NCBI GenBank assembly: GCA_963575745.1
Contig: CAUYUJ010000325.1
Coordinates: 62,001-126,000 of the forward strand
Direction: 5' to 3'
DNA length: 64,000 bases
From: Prorocentrum cordatum
Lineage: Eukaryota
Numbering within the stretch: position 1 is the first letter of the stretch; each line of letters begins with the position of its first letter. The notes under the pieces were generated by a model that worked only from the letters and a program-made list of their open reading frames with translations, made no database searches and was not told the DNA's origin. A program made the position numbers and the translations under genes. This document shows positions 45,681 to 57,949 of the stretch, piece after piece.

Positions 45681-48600
45681 GAACGCCCATGGGGGCGATG
45701 ACCCCCAAGTTACCCCGAGACTGAACACTGAACGGAAGCAGGCACCAAAGAGCTACCCATGGCAATGACTGAGAAGAGAGCAGGAGGATGAAGACGGCTA
45801 GGTGCAGCTGGCACAGGAGGAGCTGCACCAGCGGTAGGGCCGAGGTGGAGGAAGAAGACGAGGCGGAAGGGGAGGCGGAGGAGGAGGAGGAGGAGGAGGA
45901 GGAGGAGGAGGAGGAGGTGGAGGTGGATGAGGAGGACGGCGAAGACGAGGAGGTGGAGGCGAGGCTGAGGGGAGTGACGAGGCGGAGGAGGGAGGAGGAG
46001 GAGGAGCAGGAGGAGGAGGGCAAAGGAGAGGGACGGAGGGAGGGTGGGAGGGAGGGAGGGAAGGAGAGGGGGAAGCAGGGAATAATAACAAAAACTATAA
46101 GGAATGAGGACGGATCAGGAGGCTTCCGGAAGAGGAAAGGAGGACGAGGAGGAGGAGGGATGGGGAAGAAGAGGGAGCACGAGGAAGAATGATGTGGGAA
46201 TAACGGAGAGAGGAGAAGAAAGATGTTCGCAGACCCCCAAGGGCAGAACCGAACGCCCATCCCGGGCCGGCGAAACACGCCCTGGCACATAACACTGCCA
46301 GAAATCCTCTTTTGCATACGGGCACACGTGTATAATAGGAAGCAGGCACAAGCTGAATCCGTCCTCCGGCTTCCTATCGTTGGCTAGCCCTCAATAGAAC
46401 CGGAAACGCCGTCCCTCAGGGGAGAAACCAACAATAGGAAGCAACGGGCAGGACCCGAGCCTTGGACCAGCGACCGCAACCCCGCAGGGTGAGGTCTCCC
46501 CCTGGCCCTTTCCCACCAGCCAACAGGCGGGGCAGGAGGAGGAGGAGGAGGAGAAGGGAGAGACGGATGAGGAGGAGGATGAGGGAGGAGAAAAGGAATT
46601 GGAGGGAGGAGGATGGAGGGTGGATACGCAAAATGAGGAGAAGCAGGAGGAGCAGCAAGGAGGAGCAGCAGAAAGCAAGGCCGCACGTAAGCAAGCAAGC
46701 GAACACCACCGTCCCGCATGCGCAGCCCGTCTGCACAACCCTATCCCGCATGCGCAGCCCGTCTGCACAACCCTCCATGCGCAACCGAATGCGCCAAGGG
46801 GCCACGGGCAACCCCGATGCGATACTCTTCGACTACTCTTCCAGTTTCTTCAGTACTTTATTTCTCTACTGATCAACCACTACGGCGGTTTCGTACATCG
46901 TGAAGACCCCTGCGCTCGTTTCAGACACCACGTGGATCGTTCGACACTGAACGATCACAGCTTTTCGAATGCCAACTCGTTCCACGTTGGCTAATTCTGG
47001 GCCGCTGGCGGTGTTCAACCATGAACGCCCGCTGCGGGATCGCCTCCGCGTCGACACGTCGCGAACCTGCCATTCTACAACTCTTCTTTCTCTCTCTCTC
47101 TCTCGTTCGCTTCTGCTCTACAGTTATACGACTTCTCTCCTGTACGACTTCCATGCGCAACGAGGTAAGGTCCGGTCCCGCGGAAGAAAGTTAGGATGAG
47201 AGTGAATGGTCCTCAGGCTGCTTGCACTTCGCAAGCCACCTGGAACAAGTTGAAACATGGTCCACCATCCAGCCATGAAACTGTTGGCACTCCTAACCTT
47301 ACTGTCAGATATCGCGAGGAAGTCTCAGGCGGAACGCCCCGCCCGCCTGACCGACACGCCTGGTGGCGCAACGACGAGGAGATAACAATTGAGGAAGAGG
47401 GCTGGATGAGGAGGAGAAGAAGCAAGAGAAGGAGCACAACCCTGGGGCGCCGCACCGTCGAAAAGGAGAAGGAGGGGGAGGATGAGAGAGAGAGAGAGGA
47501 ACAACAAAAACGGTCAGGAGGGAGGATGGGAAGGTTGAGGCGGGTGGGATGTGTGCCAAACCTCCTCCTCCTCCTCCTGCTCCTCCTCCTCCTCGCCCTC
47601 CTGTCACTCCAACTCAACCTCATCTGCCTGCTGCTGCTGCTGCTCAGTGAGACTGTTAAACCTTCAAACCACATCACCCCCAGAGAAAACAGCGTCGCAA
47701 TGGGTGATAGACCGCCCCCTTGGCACTCATATTGCTTTCGCTGTGTCAAAACTACACTGTGCCGCCAGTCTGACGTGCATTGTAACTGTGTCCAGCTAGT
47801 CAAGTTCGCCTAATACGAACAGCTGGTTGGGGTCGCGCTGGGGGCTCATGATATCACCAGACTAGACCATCGTGGGCGCGCTTCGCACGCGCTCAAGTTC
47901 GATATGTTTTGGAACCTGGCGTAAAACACACAATAAGGGAAGCGACCAGCGAAACAGGAACCGCAGGTTTCGAAGCCAACAGGTTCGGGACCGAGTGCGC
48001 GATTCGGGTTGGTGCTCGGGGTAGGGCGAGGGGTGCATGACCAATTACACATGGACATGCAATCAACCCTGCTGCTACTCCTCCTGGCCTCCGCACAATC
48101 CGACAGCCAGAGTACGGGAGAGGAGGAGGGAGGGAGCGAGGAGGCAAGGCAAGGAAGAGGTCGGGCAATAGGGACCGGGGCGGAGGGATGAAACGAGGGG
48201 AACAAGGAGGAAGTAGGGAGAAGGACGAGGAGGGAGGAGCAAGAGTAGGGGACTATGTTTCGGACTATGTTGTTCCAGACGGTCCCCGGAGGTTGCCCGA
48301 AGGACTGGGCGACTCCCCGGCGCGGGGGACCATCCGCCCCCTGGGCCTTCGGGTGCCGCGAGCGGGATGGGCGCGTCCGACCCAACCCCTCTCCCGGGCT
48401 CCCCCCCGCGGCCCCGCGCGCCCCGGGTGCAGCGGGGCGGCCCCCGGGGCCTGCCTCCCCCCGGGCCCCAGGGCAGTCGAGGAAACCCACTTGGGAACGC
48501 CGAGCGCCTCGGCGGCGAAGCGTTCAACGTTTCCCTCGGGATTTTTGGCGGGCCTCCGCGGGCCCGCCTGTCGCGGCTCCCCTGGCGCGCCCGTGGTCCC

Positions 48601-49689
48601 GTCAGTCGGACCATGCGTGTTCCGCCGAACAAGTAAGGGCCAAGGCGCCGCCCCCGTCCACCTGACCCTCTCCCGTCCGAGCCCGACCCAGCGCCAAACC
48701 GGGGGGGGGCACCCCAGCGCGAGAAGTCACGCACGGTCTGACCAACCGCGCGGGGCTCTCGCTACAAAATCGCCACCAGCCCCCCCCCCCGGTGGCAGCG
48801 TTCCCGGAGCGGCCCAGACTGGGGCGTCGGCGGCGGGCGCGCCAAGGCATGGGGCTGGGGGGCGACGACAAGGGAGGAGGAGGAGGAAGAGGAGGAGGAG
48901 GAGGAGGAGGAGGAGGAGGAGAAAGGAGGGGGGCACGAGGGAGGCGGAACAATGGAGGGTCGGTTCCCCCTTCGCCTCCAGCCGCTTTTGTCTTTGGGCC
49001 GTTTTGTCTTGAAGTTCTTGTGCGTTTGCTGGAAAATCCGTTTTGGGTGTCTGGTGGCGCCGCTGATCGGCCGTACGGGGTTTCCCCCGGCCTGTCGTGG
49101 ATGTCTCTCGGCGTTGTTTTCGGGCCGTCTTGGGTCGACTCATTGGGGGGGTGTTGGGGGCCTGTTGGGGGCCTGTTCGGGGCATGTTGGGGGCACTTTG
49201 GGCGTCGTGGGGGCAATAATCAAGGTAAAGGCTCCCAAGGTCCCTTCGTTTTCCTCCTCTTGGGCCCCTGAGTGGGACACTGTTGAAAGATGTTGAATCC
49301 TTTTGGGGTATCATAAGCCGTTTTGGGGTCCACTTGGGCCGACGTGGGAGCCTCTTGGGCCGCCTTGGGCAGTCGGGAACCAGCTCGTCTTGAGCCCTCA
49401 AAATTCAACATTGAATTCAACGGTATTTGCCTGTTGGGGCCCTGTTGAAGCCCTCTTGGGGTTTTCTTGGACCGTCTTGGAAACTCCTCGTTGGGGCCAT
49501 CTTGAAGCGGTCGTGGGCGTATTCGGGCGCCCCTGGGCTCTCTCGGTGCTCCAGGGGCAAGGCGAAGCGAGGCGAGGCAAGCGCGCGGTTCCGCCAGGAG
49601 CGGGGCCCTTTAGGGCCTGCGCGGGGGGGCCGTGGCCCTCAGTGCTTGTAGACCTTAATTGCCGAGGTCGGAGCGCTGAGTTAAAAGCT

Positions 49690-50180
49690 GGTGGACGTCG
49701 GAAGCCCAGTTGTGCAGGTGGAAAAGGAGAGTCGGAAGCCAGATGCTGGAGTCGGAATGCTGAGTGGTCGGCAGGTGGAAGCGGAGGTGGAAAGTCGGAT
49801 GCTGGAGAGCGGAGGTCGGAGTGCTGAGCCGCTGGACGCTGGAGGTCGACGGGTGGTGGGGGAGGTGGAGAGTCACATGCTGCCGGAGGGTGGAGGTCGG
49901 AGTGCTGCGCTGCTGGGCGCTGGAGGTCGGCGGGTGGCGGTGGAGATGGAAAGTCACATGCTGCTGGAGGGCGGAGGTCGGAGCGCTGCGCTGCTGGACG
50001 CTGGAGGTCGACGGGTGGAATGGGAAGTGGAAGTCGGAATGCTGGATGCCGGAGGCGGGAGTGGTGAGCTGGAAGAAGCTGGAGGTCAGTAGGTGCAAGT
50101 GGAAGTGACAAAGCGGATGTCGCATGCTGGAAGTCGGGATGTGGACGCGAGAGCTGGGGGTCGGAAGGTGGAGGTCAAAA
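49690..50180. repeat. ~80-bp tandem repeat, about 4 units
   Basis: GGAGGTCGGAGTGCTGCGCTGCTGGACGCTGGAGGTCGACGGGTGG..AGTCACATGCTG. Confidence 0.8.
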
Positions 50181-50249
50181 GCTTGGAATTGGTACGCGTG
50201 TCCAGCTCGCTCTGGTTCGATTTCACGTCTTGGCGGACGGGCCAAGTGT

Positions 50250-51870
50250 TTCAGTTCGTGTCGTCCGCGCTTTGATGGTTGACGGCGCATCGCAAACGCT
50301 TGTCCTCTAAGCCCTGCCAGGTGTAGCTATCGTGCGCCAGCGCAAACCACCATTCGCAGCCAGTATCATCGGGGAGTCTCTTGTTGTTGTCAATCATATC
50401 CGAGGTGCCCAAAAATGTGACGACCTCGTTGTCCCAACGCTTCCTCGGTCCGCCTTGTTTTCGTTGTGCGGGTCTTCTGTCGCGCAGAGGAGGCCGCCGA
50501 GCGGCGGCGGGAAAATTGGCAACCCGCTTGGCCCATCTCCACTTTGCATTAAAGTCGTGCGAAGCCCAATCCTCGACTTTCGCGCGTCTGGCATGGGCAT
50601 CGGCTGTGTGCGTCGCTCGTCGGATGAAGTCCACCCATGGCTCTAATCCGTCGTTGCTGTTGGTGTCGCCGTCGTTGCTGCTGGTATAGCCGTCGTCGTC
50701 GTCGTCGTCGCTGTCGCTGCTTTTACTGCTTCCGTCGTTGCCAAAGTCGTCGTTCTCAGTGCTGTCGTCATTGTCTGGGTTGCTTTCGGCGAAGTCTCCG
50801 TCAAGCTCTGCGCACTATGCTCCATCTCCCTCCTCCAGTTGGCCGCTGCTAAGTTGGAGGTCTTTCTCATCGTCGTTCCAATGATTCCCTCGCGCGCCTC
50901 GTCTGCCAATCCCCACGATGATTCGGACCACCTTCCGCTGCGCACGCTGTAGTAATGTAAGCGCGTCTTTGGTTAGAGCCCACGAGCTGCATCCGTACAT
51001 GACACTGGGCGTTACGGTCCCACTGAAGAGGCATAGGCGACTTGCGCGAGGGTAGCGTTTGCATGTCAATTCGTGTCTCAAATGGTTGAATCGGCGTCAA
51101 CCCGACGCGATTCTGGCGTCGAGCTCCGCGATGTGGAATTCATGGTGTGTAAGATCCCTGCCCAATTACTTCGTGCTCCGCGTTGCGCCCACAATCTCGA
51201 CGCTATCACCTTCGATGTTATGGAATGGCCTTGGTAGGTCTGCCTTGTCGCTGGGTGACGTTGGACCGTACTTTCGTCTTGTCTGGGTTTAACTCGAGGC
51301 CGCATTGAGGTCGCGCAGTGAGAATTTCAGTTGACGCAAATTTGGCGCACACAAAATAAAACGTCGTCTGCAAAACGGAAGTTGGTGAGGAGGGTGTCTG
51401 CGGTGAAACCCATATGTATGCCAAGCTGTTTGTTGCGCCATGTGTCCTTCATGCGTCGGAATTTGCTTGTAAGTAGTGCGCTGGAAAATAGGGAGCTCAG
51501 TGGGTCTCCTGGTTTCACACCTCGCTGGATGTTGAAGTGTCTGCTCGTGCTGTCCGTCCGTACTGTAGCGGTCTGGTCGGTGTAGAATTGTTTGAGGAGG
51601 TGTATGTAGGATGCCGGCGCCTGCTGCTCTCTGAGTGAGTCCCATAGTGTGTTGTGGTTGACACAGTCGAATGCTTTCTTAAAGTTAACCGCCGCTACCC
51701 AGAGTGGTACATGCCATTCTTCAAACTGGTTGTGCAGGAGAGCCGGCGTTGTGAATAAGTGGTCGTCGGTGCTGTAGCCGTGTCTGAAGCCTGCTTGGTC
51801 TACGCTTTGTTGCTTGTCTAACAGTGGACCCAATCGCTTGTACAGGAGTCGAGACATAAGCTTGTCCAGG
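50250..51870 (-). mobile_element. 5'-truncated, decayed RTE-like LINE (RT and C-terminus)
   Basis: QAGFRHGYSTDDHLF, VNFKKAFDCVNH, RGVKPGDPLS, NFRFADDV, VMYGCSSW, KWRWAKRVA; frameshifted. Confidence 0.92.
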
Positions 51871-53067
51871 GGCCTCCCGGGGCAACCCGTGGACGCAGGG
51901 AGGCCCCAGGGGCGGGAGAAACCACTTGGTTTACACTGGGTTCCGCAGGTGTGCTGCAACCCCCTCGGGGCCCCGAGGCCCCCCAGGGCTGGGTTCGTGG
52001 TATATGAGATGCGAGGCGATTTTCATCGCTAGAGTCGGACCTGGGACAGAATAATACCCTCAGCTGGCCAAGCTAAATGATACACGAGGGCACCCTCCCC
52101 CAGGATGCACAAAAACATCCAACGAACACGAAAAACTTGGGGCATCCTCCCCGAAGCTGCCTCGATCTTGCGCTTCGCACCGACCGTACTATAGACTTTA
52201 TGTATAAACCCTTAGGTTGCAGGATGATGCTGATCATGACTGGTGGCTCCAGTGCAGCAATCAGAGCAGGGCAGGTTCACGTCCCTGTGCCGTGGGCGTT
52301 GGTCCCTGACACCACGTGGACAGCTCAACCTTGAAAGATCGACGCTCTCATACAGCAGAGGTCGTTGACCACGGGTCTAGCTCGCACAGCTCGGGGAGGC
52401 ACACCTTGAAGGCCCACGCTGTTGTCGCCGCCGCGCCAACGCGGCGCGAACCTGCTGTACAGGCAATGTGTGCCAATAAGAGAACCAATCAAAGTGGAGG
52501 ATGACACATTCTTTGGTAGCAATTCTTCAAACACGATGCGCCCGAACGCCCCGGGCAACCTCATATCACTTGATGAGCGGGTTCGCGAAGAGAAGCACCT
52601 GAGAAACTTTCCCTGCGCCCACTTGACCGATTACCCATCCTCCTGCTTCTGTTCCTGCAACTGCTCCTGCCCCTGCTCCTGATCCGCCTCCTGCTTCTCC
52701 TCCTCCTTCTCCACCCACCCATATCCTCCTCCTCCACCTCCTCCTCCTCCTCCTCCTCCGCCTCCTCCTCATACTACCCTCATCCTCCTCCCCCTCCTCC
52801 GACTCCTCCTACCTCCTCGATGGAGGTCAACTTCTTTTCAAGAGGGGTCTCGCTCGAAACTTCCGCTGGCCTGGCGACGAAAACCTGAAATTGTGCAACC
52901 CTTGCACGGATGGAGGGTGAACCCTGTACAAACGGGGTCTCGCCTGAACGGCACGCCCACCAGGCCGTTCGTCATTCAAGGGGGCGCTTCCCACGGTGGG
53001 GAGAGGAGGGGGGTCCCGGGAAAAAACCGGGGAAGTCCCGGGTCAGATGCGCCTCCCCACCCAAGCG

Positions 53068-53535
53068 GTTCGGCCCTGGCCCCGGCCCCGGCCGGGCCCC
53101 GGCCCTGACCCCGGCTCCCGGCCCCGGCTCGGGCCCCCGTCCCAATTCCAGCCCCGGCCCCGACGCGCGGCCCCGACCCCGCCCAGGCTCCGGCCCCGGT
53201 CCCGCTCTCATTCCCGGCCCCGGCCCCGACCCCGCCAGCCAGGCCCTCGCCCCCAGCCCCGGCTCCCGTTTCCGGCCCCAGCCCCGGCTGGCGGCCGGTC
53301 CCAGCCCCGGCCCCGGCCCGGGCTCCGCCCCCCGATCCGCCCCGCCTCCGATCCCCATTTCCGGCCCCGGCCCCGACCGCAGCTGGTCCCAGCCCCGGCC
53401 CGGGCCCCAGGTCCACCCCAGCCCCGGCCCTGGTTCTGGCCTTGTTGGCCTCGGCCCTGGCCGGGCCGCGGCCCTGACCCCGGCTCCCATGCAGTCCCGG
53501 TTCTGACCGCGGCCCCAGCTCCCGGTCTCGGTTCG
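53068..53535. repeat. Degenerate (CCCGGC)n repeat
   Basis: Directly visible. Confidence 0.9.
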
Positions 53536-53807
53536 GGCTCCCACTTTGAGGCCCAACTATGTCAAAATAGATATCGAATAGTCGTGCTACACTTTAGCAA
53601 TAGTTGTAGCATAGTTATGGGATAACCAATAAGTCCTACAAGTATTCCCAAGCCATCTCAGATCTACGTATTCCATAGCAACATGTTGCAAACTACGATG
53701 CAACTATAGCCTGCCGGAAATTGGAACACATGTCATTCTACATGGTTTGTACCAAACATGTTCTAATACATCATGTTTCCAATTGAGTATGTGGTGTTTT
53801 GCGTGCT

Positions 53808-53810
<3 letters not shown>

Positions 53811-53856
<46 letters not shown>
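53811..53856. repeat. (TA)n microsatellite ending an AT-rich island (53550-53900)
   Basis: Directly visible. Confidence 0.95.
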
Positions 53857-53865
<9 letters not shown>

Positions 53866-54399
53866 TCACTGTTTTTTGCTTAGCTGACAAATCTTACTCC
53901 TGACGAAACATCGCGCGCGCGGCTCGCTTCGGAAACTCATCGAGCTCGATCATGCCGCGGCATCGCGAGCATTGCTCGCGCCCGCGCATGCATGAGGACG
54001 ATGACGATGAGAATTGCGGGTTATTGTGGTGAAGGTCTCGATGGTTGTAGCCGCGTTGGCACGAGCGCCGCAGCCTGTGCCGCAATTGCCGTCCCTGCCC
54101 GAGCGCGCTGAGCTATGGCGGTCGCGTCGCGATCGCCATGGCGCAGTCGAACGATGTGGTCGCGGCCGCGTGCGAGGTATCCGCCTTAGTTTCCGCGGCG
54201 AGCTTTGCTCGTGTGACGGTGTATATACAGTTGTGGTGCAAAAAAACGCTGCTGCTGTGGCGTTGCAGCGTAGACGAGCATTGCCCGCGTGGCGTTAAAA
54301 AGCGCCAGCGCTGCCAAATGGCGAGCTTTGCTCGCGCGGAGAGAGGCGCGCGACGCGCGCGTGCGCAACTAAGGCCGGCGTTGCCGGCGCGAGGTCGAC

Positions 54400-57300
54400 G
54401 CGGAGCATGGAGGAGCGCGCCTCCGCGCTGGCGCCACTCATCAATCAGCAGCTCCAGCTGCACAACGCCGGCATGAAAGTCGAGGGAGTCTCGGCATTCC
54501 AAGCCAGGCTCCTCGGACTCATCAGGCGCTGCGGCCTGTGCGAGTCGAAGTGCGCGCGCGCGATGAAGGCGGGGGCGCGCCCCGACAACCGCGACGAGGC
54601 TGGACTCGCGCCGTTCGACGTCCACGACTTGTTGGCCACCCTGACGGTCAAAGGGTTGGGGCGACGACGAGACGTCGGAGGCGCTCGCGTGCGAGAGCCA
54701 TTCGGCTTGCGCCATTTCCGCAAGGGCTGTCGAGACACGCGTCCGTGCTTCCTGCAGCAATTCCTTTGGCGAAAGCGAAAATTGCGCGCCACGCGCGCTA
54801 TTGCGAGCGTCCGCTCGCGAGATTGGATCGACGAGCGTGTGCTCGCCTTGCAAACCTGCGCAACGTGGGCTAGTTGATCCCAATCGGCGACACCAAGACC
54901 CGCGACTTCAACGTGAAATTAGCGGTGGGGTCGGACGGCTTGCTCCCTCTGATAGAGGGCCCGAGAGAGCTGCTGGTCGCCGCTGTGCGACGCTCGCGCA
55001 CGACGGCCACGCTGCGCTGCATCCATGGCACGGCGCGGTCGGTGAACCAGGGTATCTCAGATGGGCACGGCCGCGTCTCCATGGCTCGCATCTGTCTGTG
55101 AGCGACAGCCGTCGTTCAAGCAGCCATTGGAGCGCAGCTTGACGTGCAGCGTAACCAGCGCCCTGGTGGTGACGCGCAGCACGGACCCGATGCAACTCAC
55201 GGCCCAGAGCGGCCACGCGGACCGCGGGGCCGCGCGCCCGGCCACCACGGCGCAGCGCGCCAAGAAGGTCTGGATGATCGCGACGCTGCAGCCGAGCCTC
55301 GAGACGGCCGAGGACTGGGCGAAGGCGCAGCGCATTGCGGCACTCGGCGTGTCGCGCGAGTTCGAGAGGGAGCCCCGTGCAAGACGACCGGCTCGCGCCA
55401 TGATCGCCGCCGCTCATGGCGAGCATGCTCGCCGCCCCGAGACGAGCGCGCAGGGTGGCAGGCGCGAGTGGGACAGGGAGGTGGGGGTGGGGGGCCGAGG
55501 AAAGGCTGACAGGAGAAACGGCGTGCCTTGCACGCCTGACTGAACCCCGACGTGGCGGGGCAGTGCGGACGTCAGCTTCGTCCGAGCGTGGAGTGGTGGG
55601 GAGGAGGGCGACATGCTCAACGTCCTGGAAAAAATTGGCGGAGCCCCACCACGAAGCGCACCGTCGCACCATCGCCCCCGACGACCTGCAGGCGCTCAGC
55701 CAGTTGCAGCTCTCGGAGGGCCCGCTGCGGGCGCTGGCGACGATGGAGGCGCAACTGGCGTCGCCCCCGCGGTGGGCGACGCCAGGAGGCGAAAGCGCAC
55801 TCTTGCCCACCGCGGACTGCAAGAGCGCGGGCCACGGTGGGAAGAACAGGACGTGAGCGACGCCATCATGCAGAAACTCCTGTCGCAGCTGGACACTCGC
55901 CAGCGATCGATGGCGATGGGTCGGGGGGTCGGGGAGGAAGGCGGGGGGCGGCGAGCGATGCTCGCTGGGAAAGGAGCGATGGCGAGCGATGCTCGCTCGC
56001 TGGCGCAGCCCGCTGGGCGGCGCGCGCGCGCAGCGGGCCAGGCGCTGGGCAAGAAGTGCGATGACCGCAAAGAGCACCACTTTATGGTCGACGTGGCGGC
56101 CGACTTCTGGGAGGCCATCAAGCCGACAAGATGCGGATTCGCAGCGCGGCGTTGCTGAAGCTGGACGTCCAGCCTGGCGTCGGCGACCTCGGCGAGAGCG
56201 AGAAGCCGCCTCCTCGGAGGGCCAAGGAGACGCCCGCGGCGCACCTAGGGATGGCGCCCCCACCAATTATGGACGGGGGGTCGGTCGACCCGCAGGTCTG
56301 CAAGGCCAGAGGCTTCGAGGTCGGCGCCACCGTCGCACCGAACGGCGCGAAGACGGGCGTGCTCACGATCGCGGCGATCAATGATCATACCGCCCACTTT
56401 AATGGACGGCCTGATCATGACATCACGATGAAGATGAGCGAGGTCCTCGACGTTTACGCGGTATTCGTGATGATCGAACCCAAGGCCTGTGCGTTGTCAT
56501 TCGTAAGAAGAATATCAGAGGCAACGCCTTATAAAGACGAGCGCTGACATAATCGCAGCGGCGTGGCGAGGCCGGTTGGGGGCGAGGGGGTGGGGAAGGG
56601 CGGGGCGGCGAGGATGCGCATGATGGTGGTTGCGAGGCTGTCGTTTGCAAGCAGCTCGACAAGCGTCGGCATGCGAAGAATCACGCGATCGAGTGCGCGA
56701 AGGCGCGCTGGCGGGTCGCAGCCGACTCGGCCGTCGACGGCGAGATCTTCGGGGGTGGCGTGCAAACGTGCGCCCCGTGGCGCAGCGAACTCGCGAGCGA
56801 CGCTCGCATTCGCGATCTAAGATCCTCCGATCCCTCCCCGCGCTTGCGAGCTAAGCTCGCATGTGACCAGCCATATGCAGCGACAGCACACCACCCGTAT
56901 AGTATACCCCGCCGCCCAGGAGTTCAAGGGCAAGGCGCCATTGACTGCGACGAGCTCCTTCAAGAGGGGCGAGCTGCAACTCGCAGCGATGTTTGACATT
57001 ACCACAACCGGTAAACAAACATGCAACGAAACCACCATCATCAACAATGGGAACTTCGTTTCAGCCGCGGCGGCGCCCTCGGTACTTCAACTTGCCTGCG
57101 CAACCGTTCGGCGCTGGCGTGGCAGCCTCGACGACGAGAGGCAATTATTTGCAAACCCGTTCTGGCATGTCCAGTTAGTGCACCAAGGAGGAGACAATGT
57201 CGAGCTTCGCTCGCTCGAACTCTCGGCCTTTGACAACGAGGTGGTCGCCCCGACGTGGGTCAGCGCGAAGGGCATCAGAGAGGGGCGCCCATTCTGGGGC
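54400..57300 (+). pseudogene. Decayed large gene; N-terminus possibly ParB/Srx-like
   Basis: Collinear protein-like fragments across frames: RPDNRDEAGLAPFDVHDLL..KG, NVKLAVGSDGLLP, RTTATLRCIHG, ARGFEVGATV, FANPFWHVQLV. Many stops and frameshifts; the domain call is inference. Confidence 0.4.
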
Positions 57301-57949
57301 CGCTCCAGGACAAGAGCGGCGACGCGGGCGTCGCAGTCGGCAAGGGCAGCACCGCCGCCAATTGCGGCAACAGCGGCATGGGCGGCTGCAAGGGCGGCAG
57401 GGGCGGCAAGGACGGCAAAGTGCCCGGTCGCAGCAGGGGGCGGGGCGCGTAGAATGTGCCGACGCCATGCCTAACATCGACCACGCGAGCGCACATGAAC
57501 ATTTAAACGCTCGAACCTCTTTCCATTCACCTCCCATCCACCACAGCACCGCGATAACCATCATGGCCGATGTGGCGAGCAGTGCTGGCCGAGGCCGCGC
57601 ACCACGCGAGATCGACGCATCGGGGCGTCTGGGGCGACGCGCGCCGCGCGCGCTCCTCATGCGCCGCGAAGCCGAGCAGCGCGCGGCGCGCGCTCGCGGG
57701 GGCTCGGCGGGCGCCGCGGCGCCGAAGCGCCCTCGCCATGCGAGGGTGATGCGCGACGCCGTGGTGGTCTACGGCGGCAGCGGCGCGAAGGGGCGGCATC
57801 CGCGGCTGCCCGGCCTTCGGCGATCGAACTGAAGGAGTTTGTTCGCCTTGGCCGAGGTGGCTGAGAGTTGGCTCGTTTTTTTTGTCGTCGCTCGTGCCCA
57901 GCGTAGCGCGTGTCGCATGTGCGCAGCAGCGCGTGGACACATGTGCGCC

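Noticed and set aside
44047..45728. Poly-His/Met/Asp/Ile ORFs
   Set aside because: (GAT)n microsatellite.
46384..49012. Assorted ORFs among purine tracts
   Set aside because: No domain signal and no consistent splice model.
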